Below are positions 1 to 12,188 of a DNA stretch of 64,000 nt, piece after piece (the first letter of the stretch is position 1; the number at the start of each line of letters is the position of its first letter). The stretch comes from Vicugna vicugna (lineage: Eukaryota). The position numbers and the translations under genes are program-made. The notes under the pieces were generated by a model. It made no database searches and had not been told where the DNA came from. It was given only the letters and a program-made list of their open reading frames with translations. Where the stretch lies: assembly GCA_013265495.1 (NCBI GenBank), contig MU058423.1:6796939-6860938 (forward strand). Direction: 5' to 3'.

Positions 1-377
1 TATTAAGATGGCTAAATTCAAAGAACTAAAAATCACATTTTAAATATAAATGTGAGTTTCTCACACCAAAGTTTTATTTAATTACAGTGATCTCAAAAGA
101 AAGATAATTAAAATTGTGTAGAAACTTGTATTTTCAGTAGAGTAACACATTTTTCTGAGATTTAAATTGGCTAGCTAGATTTTCTTACCAACCTTCATTT
201 ACATTTAAAGAATACTGGTCATTTCAAAATCTTGGGCATATAAAAGTTGCATTTTAACTCTAGAATAATGTTTGAAAAAGAATGAAAATAATGGAAGCAT
301 TGAAATGTGAGCTTTGTCAGTAGTACTTAAAACTTTAATTAGAAATGTAACCCAGAGCTGACAGATTTTCTTTGCAG

Positions 378-720
378 CCTTGGAACAGCATGTAGGCAGC
401 AGGCTGCATGTGGTTCAAACACATCTGGAGGCTTGCCCTTCGCCTGCCTGCTGCAGGGAGTCTTGATGACTGGCAGCTCCCAGGCATCAGAATGAAAATC
501 GTAGACCATCTGGATGTGATAGTCACTTAGTAAAATCTCCACCATTTACATTATTCTTACAACATCATATTTAAGATATTTATTAGTAATTAGAACATAA
601 TTTTTAAGACTTCTGGGATTATATAAATGAACCATAAAAAATGATTAAATTGTTCATTTGGAACTTATTTTTTAACTAAGTAGTTAGAGGCTTAAATAAA
701 ATAGATTAATAGTGTCATCA
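378..720 (+). other. Candidate terminal exon / 3' UTR of an unidentified gene lying mostly upstream of the window
   Basis: CTGAC branch-like site and ttttctttgcAG acceptor (AG 376-377), then a GC-richer non-repetitive block. Phase 0 reads PWNSM* (378-395); phase 1 reads (A)LEQHVGSRLHVVQTHLEACPSPACCRES* (stop 464-466). ATTAAA at 644-649 and AATAAA at 695-700. Gene not recognised. Confidence 0.35.
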
Positions 721-1614
721 TACTTTATGGATTTAGTGTGTTAACTTAAAATGTTACTGCAACAATAACTTAATGCTCCTGAAAGAAGTATGCCCTGAAA
801 TTTGACAGAGTAGTATTTACATCTTTCAAAATTGAGAAACTTTTTTTTTTTTTTTGGTCTCAGGAAGCCAGCAATTGGTTTAGGTTTCATGTAAATTGTC
901 ATTTTCTGGGCTTGCAAGAGCCATAACATCTTGTAAACATCACTGTTCTGTACTGTCACAACAGAGAACAAAGAGAATTAGGATCAAACACAAAGTGACT
1001 TGATATTTGGCTCAAAAATAGCAACTCCCAAACACAAAACTTTCCTTAGTCCTTTTCAAAAGGTGTCTTAAGACTGGTCAGGACGAAGAGCATTTAGCCA
1101 ACAAGGGATTGGTTTTTTCCATTTTATAAAGACCCTAGGAATTTTCCCCAGTAACATAATCCATCTCATAAAACTCCACAAACAGTGCTGATTATCATGT
1201 CAGAAAAAGAAAAAAGTACATCCAAAAGAAGGAAAAAAGATCACACTATGGGAAGAAATAATCATTTAGTTCAACATTTCATGTATTCTTTCAGTTCATG
1301 CATATCTATGCAACTATCCAAAATTCTCTGAAAATATTTTGGATCAAGAAAGAAAGAGAAGATTATTCTCTGTTCTTTATTTACCCTTTTTCTAGTCAAA
1401 CCATTTAAAAAAAACCACTCCTACACAGATATACACCACACCCGCCATACAAGTGCCAGCCGTCATGCATCTTTCCTTTCTGTGGCTCACTCTAACTTCA
1501 CATTCCATGTGTTGGTTCAAAAAATAACAGAGTTCATAATCCCAAAGACTTCAAAAAAGTCCTCGGAGTTTTTTTCAAGCATTTTCAAATGCTAATTTCA
1601 TCATCAGTGGAAGG

Positions 1615-2270
1615 TACCATCATCTCTCACTGAGCTATAGCAATAGCTTCCTAACTTGTCTCCCTGCTCCCATTATTCCACTCCTATAGTTTGAAGCAGC
1701 CAGAGTGAGCTTTCAAAAATATGTCAGGTCATATCTCAGAATCCTCAAAGGGACTCTCATCTAACTCAATAAAAGCCCAAATCCTTACATGGCCTGTGGA
1801 CTTTACAGAGGACCTGCCCTTCTCTCCCACCTCTCCCCTTTCACTTGCCCAGCCACAGGCACACTGGCATGCTTGATGTTTTATTGAGCATTTAAGACAC
1901 ATCCCCATGTGAGAATATTTGCATTGGCTGCTGCTTCTCTCAGGAACTTGCTTCCCCCAGATGTGGGCATGGCTTCCTCCCTCATATTCTTCAGATCTTT
2001 ACTCTAATAGCACCTTTTCAATGAACAGTTGTTTGAACACATTATTTAAAATCACAAACTTACTCTGGAATTCCTTATCATTCATAACTTTTCTCCATAG
2101 CAAGTGTTACCTTCTAACAGACTTCCAGTTTACTTATTTTATTTATTATCTGCCTCTCCCCACTATAACTAAGGCTTCACCGGGAAAAGTGCTTGCTGTC
2201 AGTTCACTGCTGTATCTTCAACACCTAGAATAGTGCCTGACATACGGATTCTGCCTAATAAATATTTGTA
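1615..2270 (+). mobile_element. LINE L2 (L2a-like) 3' end
   Basis: Typical L2 motifs: ccatcatctctcact...gcagccagagtgagcttt...ttcactgctgtatc...cctagaatagtgcctgaca...aataaatatttgt. Confidence 0.85.
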
Positions 2271-2639
2271 AAAAGTTGGAAAGCAGAGATCCATTTTCAG
2301 GATGATAGTCATGGAAGAGTTTTTTTCATATGCCAGAAAAAAAAATTTAGAGATCTAGTAAGCAATTACTGCTTGTTTACATTTTTATACTTTCTATAAA
2401 CAAGATGATTTTAGTAAGAATCCTAAGATTTAGGTTAGGCATGAAGGTAAGCTTTTATGTATGCTTTAGTCTTAAAAATTAGCATGACAGTTCAGTTTTA
2501 CAGAAAGGGACAAAAATATAATACATGCTTGCAGGCTCAGCATTAAATTGCATCAGTTTCTGAAATTTTTGCTGTATTTGCTCCTCATAATTTGTTAAAA
2601 AAATTTACAGATCCAGTTGAAACGTCTTGAAATATCTAC

Positions 2640-3429
2640 TGATCCCATTTTTCTCTACCATATCCCTAGATAGACTATTATGCTGAATTTGATATTTGAA
2701 ATTCCCATGAATTTGTATACATATACATAAGAGCATATGAATGTTTCTGTATACCTTATATAATATTGTTTTGTATTATTTCACACTTTATATATGTGAT
2801 GCCATAATTCAAGTTGTGTTCAACTTGCTTTTCCTCCCACCATAATTCTGTTGATAGGATATGTATATGCTAATACTGATAGCTCTACTTAATTAATTTT
2901 AATTGCTATGTAGTATTTAATAATGTGATTATGCTAACATGTATTTATTCTTCTGTTGATAAACATTTGGGTTGTCTCTAATTTTTTCTTGTTATATACT
3001 GTTATAATTTCTTTGTACACTCATCATTGTGAACATGTATGAGTTTCTCTAATGTTCCTAAAAATGGAATTTTTAAATCAAAGCTTATACACATTTTCAG
3101 CTTTCATTAGATACTGCTAAAGTATGCTCCAAATTCATGATAGTGATGAGTACACATAAAATCAAGGTTGGACTTCTTTTCTCCAGATCTTTTTTGCTAC
3201 TTGTCAGACTTAAATTTTTCCAACTTGACATGTATGAAATGGTGTCTATCAGTTGCTTTCATTACATGTCCCTGATTAGTCACTTGGTTGAGAATTTTTT
3301 TTATCGTTGATTGACTGTATAATTTTTCTCTTCTCTTTAACCATTGTCCTCTAGAGCAGTTAGTTTTTTCTTGTAGGTTTGTAAGTGTTCTTCATAAATT
3401 TTGTATATACAATTTTTGAAAGTTTTAGG
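2640..3429 (-). mobile_element. Ancient L1M (L1ME/L1MC-like) 3' region, resumes after 4554
   Basis: Degenerate antisense L1 motifs (ttcttctgttgataaacatttgggttgt; tgaaatggtgtct...gtccctgattagt...gttgagaattttttt). Confidence 0.7.
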
Positions 3430-4553
3430 TAGAGTGACTATCTAAACCAGACCATCTTTAAAAATGCAAGGGTGTACTTTTTTTTTTATTGAAGTATCAT
3501 TGACTGAAAATGTTGTGTTAGTTTCTGGTATACAGCAAAGTGATTCAGTTTTATATGTATTTTTTCATATTCTTTTTCATTATGTTTTATTACAGCATAT
3601 TGTCCCCCATGCTATACAGTAGGACCTTGTTGTTTATCTGTTTTATATATAGTAGTTTGTATCTGCTAATACCAAACTCCTAATTTATCCCTCCCCCACC
3701 CCATTTTCTCTTTGGTCACCATAAGTTTATAAGTTTGTTTTTTATGTCTGTGATTCTGTTTCTGTTTCATAAATACATTAGTTGTGGCATTTTACATTGC
3801 ACATATAATTGATATGATATGATATTTGCCTTTCTGTCTGATTTACTTCACTTAGTATGATAATTTCTAGGTCCATCCTTGCTGCTACAGATGGCATTAT
3901 TTCATTCTTTTTATGGCTGAGTACTATTCCACTATGTATATATATATATATGTACACACATATATATAAACTGAATCACTTTGATGTACATACATATATA
4001 TGTGTTTCAGCATATACATATATGTTATATATATATGTACACCATGTGATTGATAAATATATGTGATACACACACACACACACACGCACAGTCCATATCT
4101 TCTTTATCCATTAATCTGTTAATGGACATTTAGATTGCTTCCATGTCTTGGCTATTGTAAATAGCACAAATAGTGCTATGAACATTGGAGTGCATGTATC
4201 TTTTCAAATTAGAGTTTTCTTTGGATATATGCCCAGGATTGGGGTTGCTGGATCATATGGAAATTCTGTTTTTAGTTTTTTTAAGGAAGCTCCATTCTGT
4301 TTTCAGTAGTGGCTTCACCAATTTACGTTTCTACCAACTGTGTAAGAGGGTTCCCTTTTCTCCAAACCTTGTCCAGTATTTGTTATTTGTAGACATTTAT
4401 TGATGGCCATTCTGACTAGTATGAGGGTGATACCTCATTGTAGTTTTGATTTGCACTTCTCTAAAAATGCAAGGGTACATTCTTAATAATTATGTCCAGA
4501 TAGTAGAACAAAACCAGGATTATCCTGGACAAACTGGGTTGAATGACTACCTA
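3430..4553. mobile_element. MER81-like hAT MITE split by a younger L1 (halves about 3430-3477 and 4463-4553)
   Basis: Rejoined halves read tagagtgactat...aaaccagacc...ttaataattatgtccagata...aaaccaggattatcctggacaaactggg...gactaccta, matching MER81 as I recall it, with tagggtgacc/ggtcacccta-type TIRs. Degenerate 8-bp TSD gttttagg (3422-3429) / gttataag (4554-4561). Confidence 0.7.
3478..4462 (-). mobile_element. 5'-truncated L1 (ORF2 C-terminus + 3' UTR), cetartiodactyl type, with internal (TA)n/(CA)n at about 3935-4090
   Basis: Poly(T) then ttattgaagta (AATAAA on minus), antisense ORF2 end. TSD core aaaaatgcaagggt at 3460-3473 and 4463-4476. Confidence 0.9.
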
Positions 4554-4659
4554 GTTATAAGCATTGACATCTGTAGCTTTTCTTTTAACTTTGTTGATAG
4601 CATATTTCACTAACACATGATTTTAATTACAAGGTAATCAAATTTGTCCATTTTTAAGC

Positions 4660-4960
4660 TATCACAAAATGATAGATACAAAGTGTATGATTACACTTTC
4701 GTGAGATACCTAGAATAGTCAAATTCATAAAGATGGAAAGTGGAATGGTGATTGCCAGGGAATAGGAGGAGAGGGAAATACAGAGTTATTGTTTAAAGGG
4801 TAAAGAGTTTCCAATTTGCAAGATTAAACATATTCTGGAGATGGATGGTAATGACAGTTGCACAATAATGTGAATGTACACAGAACTGTACACTTAAAAT
4901 TGATTAAAATAGTAAATTTAATTTCATGTATATTTTATTATAATAAAAATATCCAAAAAA
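4660..4960 (+). mobile_element. L1MB-like 3' end
   Basis: tgagatacctagaatagtcaaattcataaagatggaaagtggaatggtgattgccaggg...ttctggagatggatggtaatgacagttgcacaataatgtgaatgtac...aataaaaa. Confidence 0.85.
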
Positions 4961-5089
4961 TCAATAAATGACTATGAAGAAAAAATCACTAGTTTTTTAG
5001 TAGTTGATTATATTTATTGTATTTTATACATTTTTTAGAGAAGTATCTGAAAGATTTAAAAGATTGTGATGGTTTTTGTTTGTTTGTTT

Positions 5090-5800
5090 GCTAATTTGTT
5101 TTAATGACTGAGGATCTTCATTTTGCCCTCAAACTTGCTGATGGTTTAGCTGGTTATAAAATGTTTAATGGATGATATTTTTTCTTGATATTTTCCTTCA
5201 ATTCAGCCTAATCACCAGTTCTTTGTGGGAAATATTTTCTCTTTGATAAATATATATTTTCTCTTTACCACAGTCTTATGCAATTTTATTACATTTATTA
5301 GTTTATATTAATTAATTTAATGTGCTTAGTAATTAAATTTCACTTCAGTCTGGGAATGTGTCTCTTTTTAGTAGTGTTGGAAAATATTCTGCCATTGTTT
5401 CTCTAAAATAAAATTGTTTCTTTAACAGTTTCTTAATGGAATCCTATTACATAATTTGAGTCTTCTTAATTGATCCCACACTTCTCCTAGTTGCTCTTTG
5501 CTTCTCTATGTTAAAATTTTAGATAAATATTTTAACTTTTCAACTAAATTTGCTCTTAATTATATATTATACATTTTGAGCTTTTTTCAGAGAATAATAT
5601 TTCATTTCTAATATTTTCAGTTTGTTTTTTTACATATTCATAATTTGTTTTATATCTTCTTGGTTTAAAAAGTTTTTAATAGAGGTAATTCTTTTATTTC
5701 TCTGATCAACATAGACATTCCTTTAAAACTTTCTTCAGAGTGTTCTGTAAAATTATTTTCATCTAGAATGAGTTCATGTTTTGACTGTTAACTTTCTCAG
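5090..5800 (-). mobile_element. Very old L1M ORF1/ORF2-start relic
   Basis: T-rich antisense L1 motifs (ttgccctcaaacttgctgatggtttagctggttataaaat; ttggaaaatattctgccattgtttctctaaaata). Confidence 0.5.
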
Positions 5801-6506
5801 CCACCTTTCTGAACTTTTTTTTTTTACATCCAATGGAATTTTTATATTTTGGTTTGTTGATCTGTGAGGGGTGAAAGGTTTTTAGTTTTACTTTCATTTT
5901 GTTTTAACTTTTCTTTTTTTCTTTCCAATAGAAGATTTTTTGTGTTTGTATTTGCTTGTACTTGACCCTTGGGACCTTATTTATGTAATGTTGTTTGGGT
6001 TTTCTGCTATATTTTAATATGAGGGAATCTCAAGATCTAGTCATATAAATAGTGGGTAGTTGATTCAATTCATGGATCATGAGGCTATGCCTTTTTCTTG
6101 TCACCAACCTAGATACAAGGATTCACTTGAAAATATAGACCAAAGCAATGTATCAGCAGCTTTTTTTACCCTCAAGTCTCCTTGTATGAATAAGGAATCC
6201 CATACTGGTCCTGGCCTCAGGCCACAAGTTTGTATGGAGAATTTTATTTTGTGTGGAGAATTTTAATCTTCAATACCATGTAGTTACCAAACTATTGAGC
6301 AACACTGCCTCCTTCCAATCTTGAAACCCACTGGGCCTATAATTTTCTCCCAGGCCACTACTTTGTATTTCTATATAAGCCCAATGTTCCATTGGATTTA
6401 ACCCTTTGTTTTTATTGCTATTGCTATGTGTTTTGCGTAAAAGCAGTATATCTAATCATGCACTTAATATTTTAACCAGAAATATTCATTAAGTTTTATA
6501 ATTCAA

Positions 6507-6590
6507 GGGGAAGAGAATAAAATAGCTCAGTGATAGAGTGCATACTTAGAATGCATGAGGTTCTGGGTTCAATCCCCAGTACCTCTGTAA

Positions 6591-6625
<35 letters not shown>

Positions 6626-6676
6626 ACAAACAAACAAACAAACAAATTACCTCCCGCACACCCCAATTTTTTTTAA
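6507..6676 (+). mobile_element. tRNA(Ala)-derived camelid SINE (vic-1 type) with (TAAA)n(CAAA)n tail
   Basis: gggg...tagctcagtgatagagtgcatacttagaatgcatgaggttctgggttcaatccccagtacctc carries Pol III A and B boxes. Perfect 11-bp TSD ttataattcaa at 6496-6506 and 6677-6687. Confidence 0.9.
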
Positions 6677-7534
6677 TTATAATTCAAAATGGACATTATA
6701 CATTATAGAAGGGAATGGAAATAAAGACTGTGACCTTAGTTCCCAAGACTAAAATGCTATTGTAGTTTAGTTTATGGGCTAAATAAACTTTCAAATGTAG
6801 GGATCCATTGAAACCTCTTCTTGAATATGCTTTCCATCATTCTAATCATTATAGGTTTTTTGACTGCCCCATCTTCCTCTCTGAAACTTTTAGTTCAATT
6901 AGATATTGGAAGTACTGGGAAATGAGAAATAAAGTGAGATAGGCCTATTAGTGGATATTTTTTAAGAAAAGTTATTCCATTTAATTTATTGGAGATGGCT
7001 TTTAGTATTGGGCATCAGACCTTATGTAAATCCACACAGTCAGTTGTGCCGTGTTTGTACCAAGGAGAATGAAATATAAATTGATTTTGAACAAAATATT
7101 TGGGCATTTCTTAGAGTCATCCCAAAATTTCCATAAAGTGTAGCTCTTAGTAAATCAAATCATGGTGACAGTGAGCCAGTCTATTGTTGCTCTAACTGAC
7201 CCAGTTTTCCTGTGGAGACATTTACCAAATGGGGAAAACAGATTATACTGCTTGTCAATTAATATGAAGTTTAGTGAAATAATGTGTAATATAAAATGGG
7301 GAACTTCATAGTTTAAATTTAAATGATCATTTGTGAACCTCTAGTAATCAAAATTATTTTTTGTTTGCTTATTTCTTAGTGAATAAAAGAATATTCTTTG
7401 GGACAGAATGACTGTGAAATGTCTGGTATAAAAGATAGATGACATCAGTGCATAAAGGAGATAGAAAAGAGTATGTCTAAGTTGCAGTTTTCTACTGGCC
7501 ATGCCATAGCTTGCAATGTTATATAATTCTAGTA

Positions 7535-7770
7535 TAACTAACATTTATTTAGTATCTAATATCAGGTAATGTGCTAATGCAGTTCATGTGTTATCTTAAT
7601 TAATCTTCCAACAATCCAATGATATTTATCTCAATTTTAGAAATGAAAATCCTGAGACTTAGGGAGGATGAGTAATTTACCCATGAATGTACACAACTTG
7701 TAGATTATAAGCTAATTAAATATTCAGTATTTAATTCAGGTTTGATTGAGCTTAACCATTATTCTAAATT
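7535..7770 (-). mobile_element. MIR SINE
   Basis: taacatttatttagtatct...aatcttccaacaatcc...attttagaaatgaaaatcctgagacttagggaggatgagtaatttaccc (MIR core). Confidence 0.7.
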
Positions 7771-8835
7771 GTGTCACAATAACTTAATATAATCAGATTA
7801 GATAAAAGAACAAATGTGGTTATAAGAATTTTTTTTATTATTCAAGCAATAGGACCATATTAAGAAATAAAACTTGAGAACAGAAAGTTATTTAAAACTG
7901 ATGGAAACATGTCAACAGACAGAGGAGTCAGCTTGAAGGAGCTCCAGCTAACCCAATGTGGGATATTTTGAGCATCAAGAATTACAATTACAGCTAAAAA
8001 CATAGGAAAAGTGAGGGAAGGAAGGAAAGCTCTTCCATATAGAGGATGCCACCTGATAAACATTGAAGGAATGATAGAAATAGAATCATCATTCTTAAGC
8101 TTCACAGCAATAGTTGCTTTAGGTAAGTGTTATCAGTGAAAACTAAAATAATTGGGTGAAAGATGTTGGAAACAGAACATTCATACAGGGTCAAAGTATT
8201 ACTCCAGAGATTACTTGTTAATTACAAAGAGAAAAGGATTGTTTGCAATGGAGAAATTTGATGCACATTACTTAACCAAATGATAGAAAGTAGTATCACC
8301 AATAGTTAGAAAATATGACAGTATGTATATCCTGATATGACATAGGCAAGTACACAATATCAATTAAGAAATATTTTTGCCGCCAAAAATATTCAGTGTG
8401 TATATAGTCAAGAAGACAATTCTAGATTAGAAGATAATTTATTAAATTACTTGGCCATATTTTAAAATGATCAATGTCATGAATGAGAGAAAGAAGAGGA
8501 GAAAGAGGAGGACGAGAAAGAAGAAAAAGGAGAAGAAAAAGGTGGGAAGCAGCTCTAGGAGACTAGAGACATGATAACTTAAATTTAAAGTAATATTTGA
8601 TTAGATCCCAGATTCAAGTTAAAATGACCGTTAACACACTGTTGGGACAATGGGGAAATTTAAATGTGAACAATATATTAGATAACACTCCTTAATCAAT
8701 GCTAAAAATCTTGGTTGTGATAATAGCATTATCAGTATGCAGGAAAAATGTTCTCATTATTAATAGATAAATGCTGAAATATTTAAGGATGAAGTATCAT
8801 GATGTTTACTTTTAAATGAATCAAAAAAGGTGCAT

Positions 8836-11049
8836 CTAATTTCTTTACACTAACAATGAATCAACAGGAAAAGAAAGTAAAGAAATAATCCCTTTAAAAT
8901 TGCATCCAAAACAATAAAACACTTAGGAATAAATCTGACTAAGCAGGTGAAAGATTTACACATGGAGAACTACAAAACACTGATCAAGGAAATTAAAGAA
9001 GACTTAAAGAAATGGAAAGATACCCCATGCTCTTGGATTGGAAGAATCAATGTCATTAAAATAGCCATACTGCCCAAGGCAATCTACAGATTTAATGCCA
9101 TCCCTATCAAATTACTGAGGACATTTTTTACAGAATTGTAACAAATGATCCTAAGATTTATATGGAATCACAAAAGACCCAGAATTGCCAAAGCAATATT
9201 GAAGAAAAAGGATGACCCTGTAGGAATAGCCCTTCAGACAATACTACAGAGCTACAGTAATCAAAACAGCATGATATTGACATAAAAAAAGACATATGGA
9301 TTAATAGAACAGAATAGAGAGCCCAGAAATAAGTCCACAGACCTGTAGTTTATTAATCTTTGACAAAAGAGGCAAGAATATGCAATGGAGACAAGATAAT
9401 CTTTTCAGCAAGTAGTGTTGGGAAAACTGGACAGCAGCATGTAGATCAATAAGTTAGAACACTCCCTCACACCAAAATAAAAATAAACTTGAAATGGCTT
9501 TAAGACTTAAATATAAGACAAGACACAATAAATCTCCTAGAAGAAAACATAGGCAAAACATTCGCTGACACAAATCTTAGCAATGTTCTCCTAGGGCAGT
9601 CTACCCTGGCAATGGAAATAAAAGCAAAAATAAACAAATGGGACCTAATTAAACTTACAAGCTTTTAAACAGCAAAGGAAAACATAAGCAAAACATAACA
9701 ACCACCTGTGGAATTGGAGAAAATACTTGCAAATGATGCGACTGGCAAAGGCTTAATTTCCAGAATATATAAACAGCTTGTACAACTTAATAACAAAAAC
9801 AAACAACCCAATCCAAAAATGGGCAGAAGACCTAAACAAGCGTTTCTCCAATGGAGATATACAAATAGCCAAAAGACATACAAAAAGATGCTTAATATCA
9901 CTAATTATCATAGAAATGCAAATCAAAACTGCAGGGGAGCTATCACCTCACACCAGTCAGAATGACCATCATTCAAAAGTCCACAAAGGATAAATGCTGG
10001 ATAGGATGTGGAGAAAAGGGAACCCTCCTACAAATGCTGGAGAGGATGTGGAGAAAAGGGAACCCTCCTACAAATGCTGGAGAGGATGTGGAGAAAAGGG
10101 AACCCTCCCACACTGCTGATAGGAATGTAGTTTGGTGCAGTCATTATAGAAAACAGTATGGAGATTCCTCAGAAAACTAGAAGTAAACAAACTTACTATA
10201 TCATCCAGCAATCCCACTTCTGCGTATATATCCAGAGGGAGCTCTAATGTGAAAAGATACATGCACCTCAATGTTCATAGAAGCACTATATACAATAGCC
10301 AAGACATGGAACCAACCTAAACGTCTATTGACAGATGACTGGAAAAGAAATTGTGGTATATTTATACAATGAAATACTACTCTGCCATAAAAGGAATAAA
10401 ATAATGCCATTTGCAACAACATGGATGGACCTGGAGAGTGTCATTCTAAGTAAAGTAATCCAGAAAGAGAAAGGAAAATACTATATGATACCGCTTATGT
10501 GGAATCTAAAAAAAAAAGGGCACCATGAACTCATCTACAAAACAGAAACAGATTTGCAGACTTAGTAAACAATCTTATGGTTACCAGGGAAAGTGGGTGT
10601 GAAGGGATAAATTTGGGAGTTTGAGATTTACAAATGTTAGCCACTATACATAAAAATAAATTTTAAAAAATTTCATTTGTATAACGCAGGGGACTATGTT
10701 CAGTATCTTGTAATAACCTTTAATGGAAAAAAATATGAAAATGTATATATGTATCTATATGCATGGCTGAGACATTGTGCTGTACACCAGAAATTGACAC
10801 ATTGTAATTGACTGTACTTCAATTGAAAAACAAAAAAACATGTAAATTTAGCATACTAACATTAGCTAAGTGAATAGTGCTAAATGTGTATGAATATATA
10901 CATGCACAACTTAAAATAAATAGTCAAGAGAGGTCCCACATACTCTTCACGCAGCTTCTTTCAAATGTAACATCTAACATAACTCTAGTATAACATCAAA
11001 TATGAAAACCAGGTCATTGGCATTGGTACAATCTACAGACCTTAAAAAA
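8836..11049 (+). mobile_element. 5'-truncated lineage-specific L1 (decayed ORF2 3' part + 3' UTR + A-tail at about 10826-10838) with extra 3' segment 10841-11043 and second poly(A)
   Basis: ORF-track fragments [34 protein letters not shown]..., [12 protein letters not shown]..., MPFATTWMDLESVILS are L1 ORF2, with multiple stops and frameshifts. TSD aaaaaaggtgcat at 8823-8835 and 11050-11062. Confidence 0.95.
9992..10111 (+). repeat. 40-bp tandem triplication inside L1 ORF2
   Basis: aaatgctgga(t/g)aggatgtggagaaaagggaaccctcc(t/c)ac starting at 9992, 10032 and 10072. Confidence 0.95.
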
Positions 11050-11681
11050 AAAAAAGGTGCATGTGTGTTCCTTGTGCTTTTTTTTTTCAATTTTTCTATG
11101 AGTTTGAAATTTTGCAAAATAAAAAAGGTTGGGAAAAATAACTTCATTTATCTGTAAGTGATTAATAATATCATTCATTTATTTGACTGTGTTGATGATC
11201 ACATATAATAAGACTGAGGTTATGTGATGAAAAACTCTACTTAATTTGTGAAAACTCATCTTCACTCAGTGGCTTGATTCTCTTCCAATAATTTTCTTTT
11301 TCTTTTTCATTTATTTCTTTTTCATTCCTTTTTTAAAAGAAGAAGTGTAGAATATTTACTGTCTCAAAGCAACATAATTCCAGACTACGTATCACCTTTT
11401 CTCTGGTGATTGAAGAAAGTTTCTCTCTACCTCCCTAGTCAAACTTGTCTAACGTAAGGCAATCCTATAACTTTGACATTTAGACTTGGCAAATGCAGAA
11501 TTCTCTTAAATATATACTTAGAAATTGCAGATGGAAACTTTATGGTTCCCTGGGTTATTCAAAAAGCAGACCGTTTATCACTTAAGGTTTAATTTTTAAA
11601 AACCCACAGTAAGCTATAGAAGCAGTCCACTTAGGTAAGCACAAATTTTAATTAGAAAATGTTTGTCTTATGCTACAACCA

Positions 11682-11920
11682 TAATTGCTATCACTGTTGA
11701 ATGTCTATTATGTGTCAAACACTTTCAGGAACCTTATATATTATCGCTAATCAAAAAATGACTACCCAATGTAGGTATTACTCCCCCACTTTAAAAATGA
11801 AGGAACAGATGCAGAGATGTTAAGTGTCTTTCTCAGGGCTCTACAACTTGCTTAGTGTTCAAGTAGGGCTTCAAGCCAGGTATTTTTTGCTCCAAAGCCC
11901 TTTCTCTATCTACTACTACA
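11682..11920 (-). mobile_element. MIR SINE
   Basis: ttgaatgtctattatgtgtcaaacact...gtaggtattactcccccactttaaaaatgaaggaacagatgcagagatgttaagtgtct...ctccaaagccc. Confidence 0.75.
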
Positions 11921-12188
11921 GACTGTCTCCTTGATGGGATGTGTCACTTCATATAATATAAAATTATATAGTTGCCAAAAGTAAAAATTATGTACTCAGG
12001 TAGGTATACAGATATTCATGGCCTACTATCTGGTGACATCAAGTACATTAAAAAGTGACTATACTGTTAATTTAAAACATCCACTATTGCTTTACTCAAG
12101 ATAGATGAAAAGACAAATAAGACATGATCCCCACTTTAATGAAACTTCTAGATAAATGACTTAATTTTTTAAAAGCACAAGGACACCG

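Larger units (their letters stand above)
7860..11140 (+). mobile_element. Old L1MC-like 3' UTR (7860-8835 and 11063-11140), interrupted by a younger L1
   Basis: gagtcagcttgaaggagctccag...gggatattttgagcatcaag...tttaaggatgaagtatcatgatgt. Its terminus (gttccttgtgc...gtttgaaattttgcaaaataaaaaag) resumes after the second TSD. Confidence 0.75.

Noticed and set aside
335..545. Minus-strand 63 and 68 aa ORFs
   Set aside because: No recognisable product or splice support; the plus-strand terminal-exon reading fits better.
6507..6586. tRNA-Ala gene
   Set aside because: Insertion in the 5' stem, mutated anticodon arm, A-rich tail and TSD identify it as a SINE.
9992..10111. CRISPR-like array
   Set aside because: Head-to-tail repeats without spacers, inside a mammalian L1.
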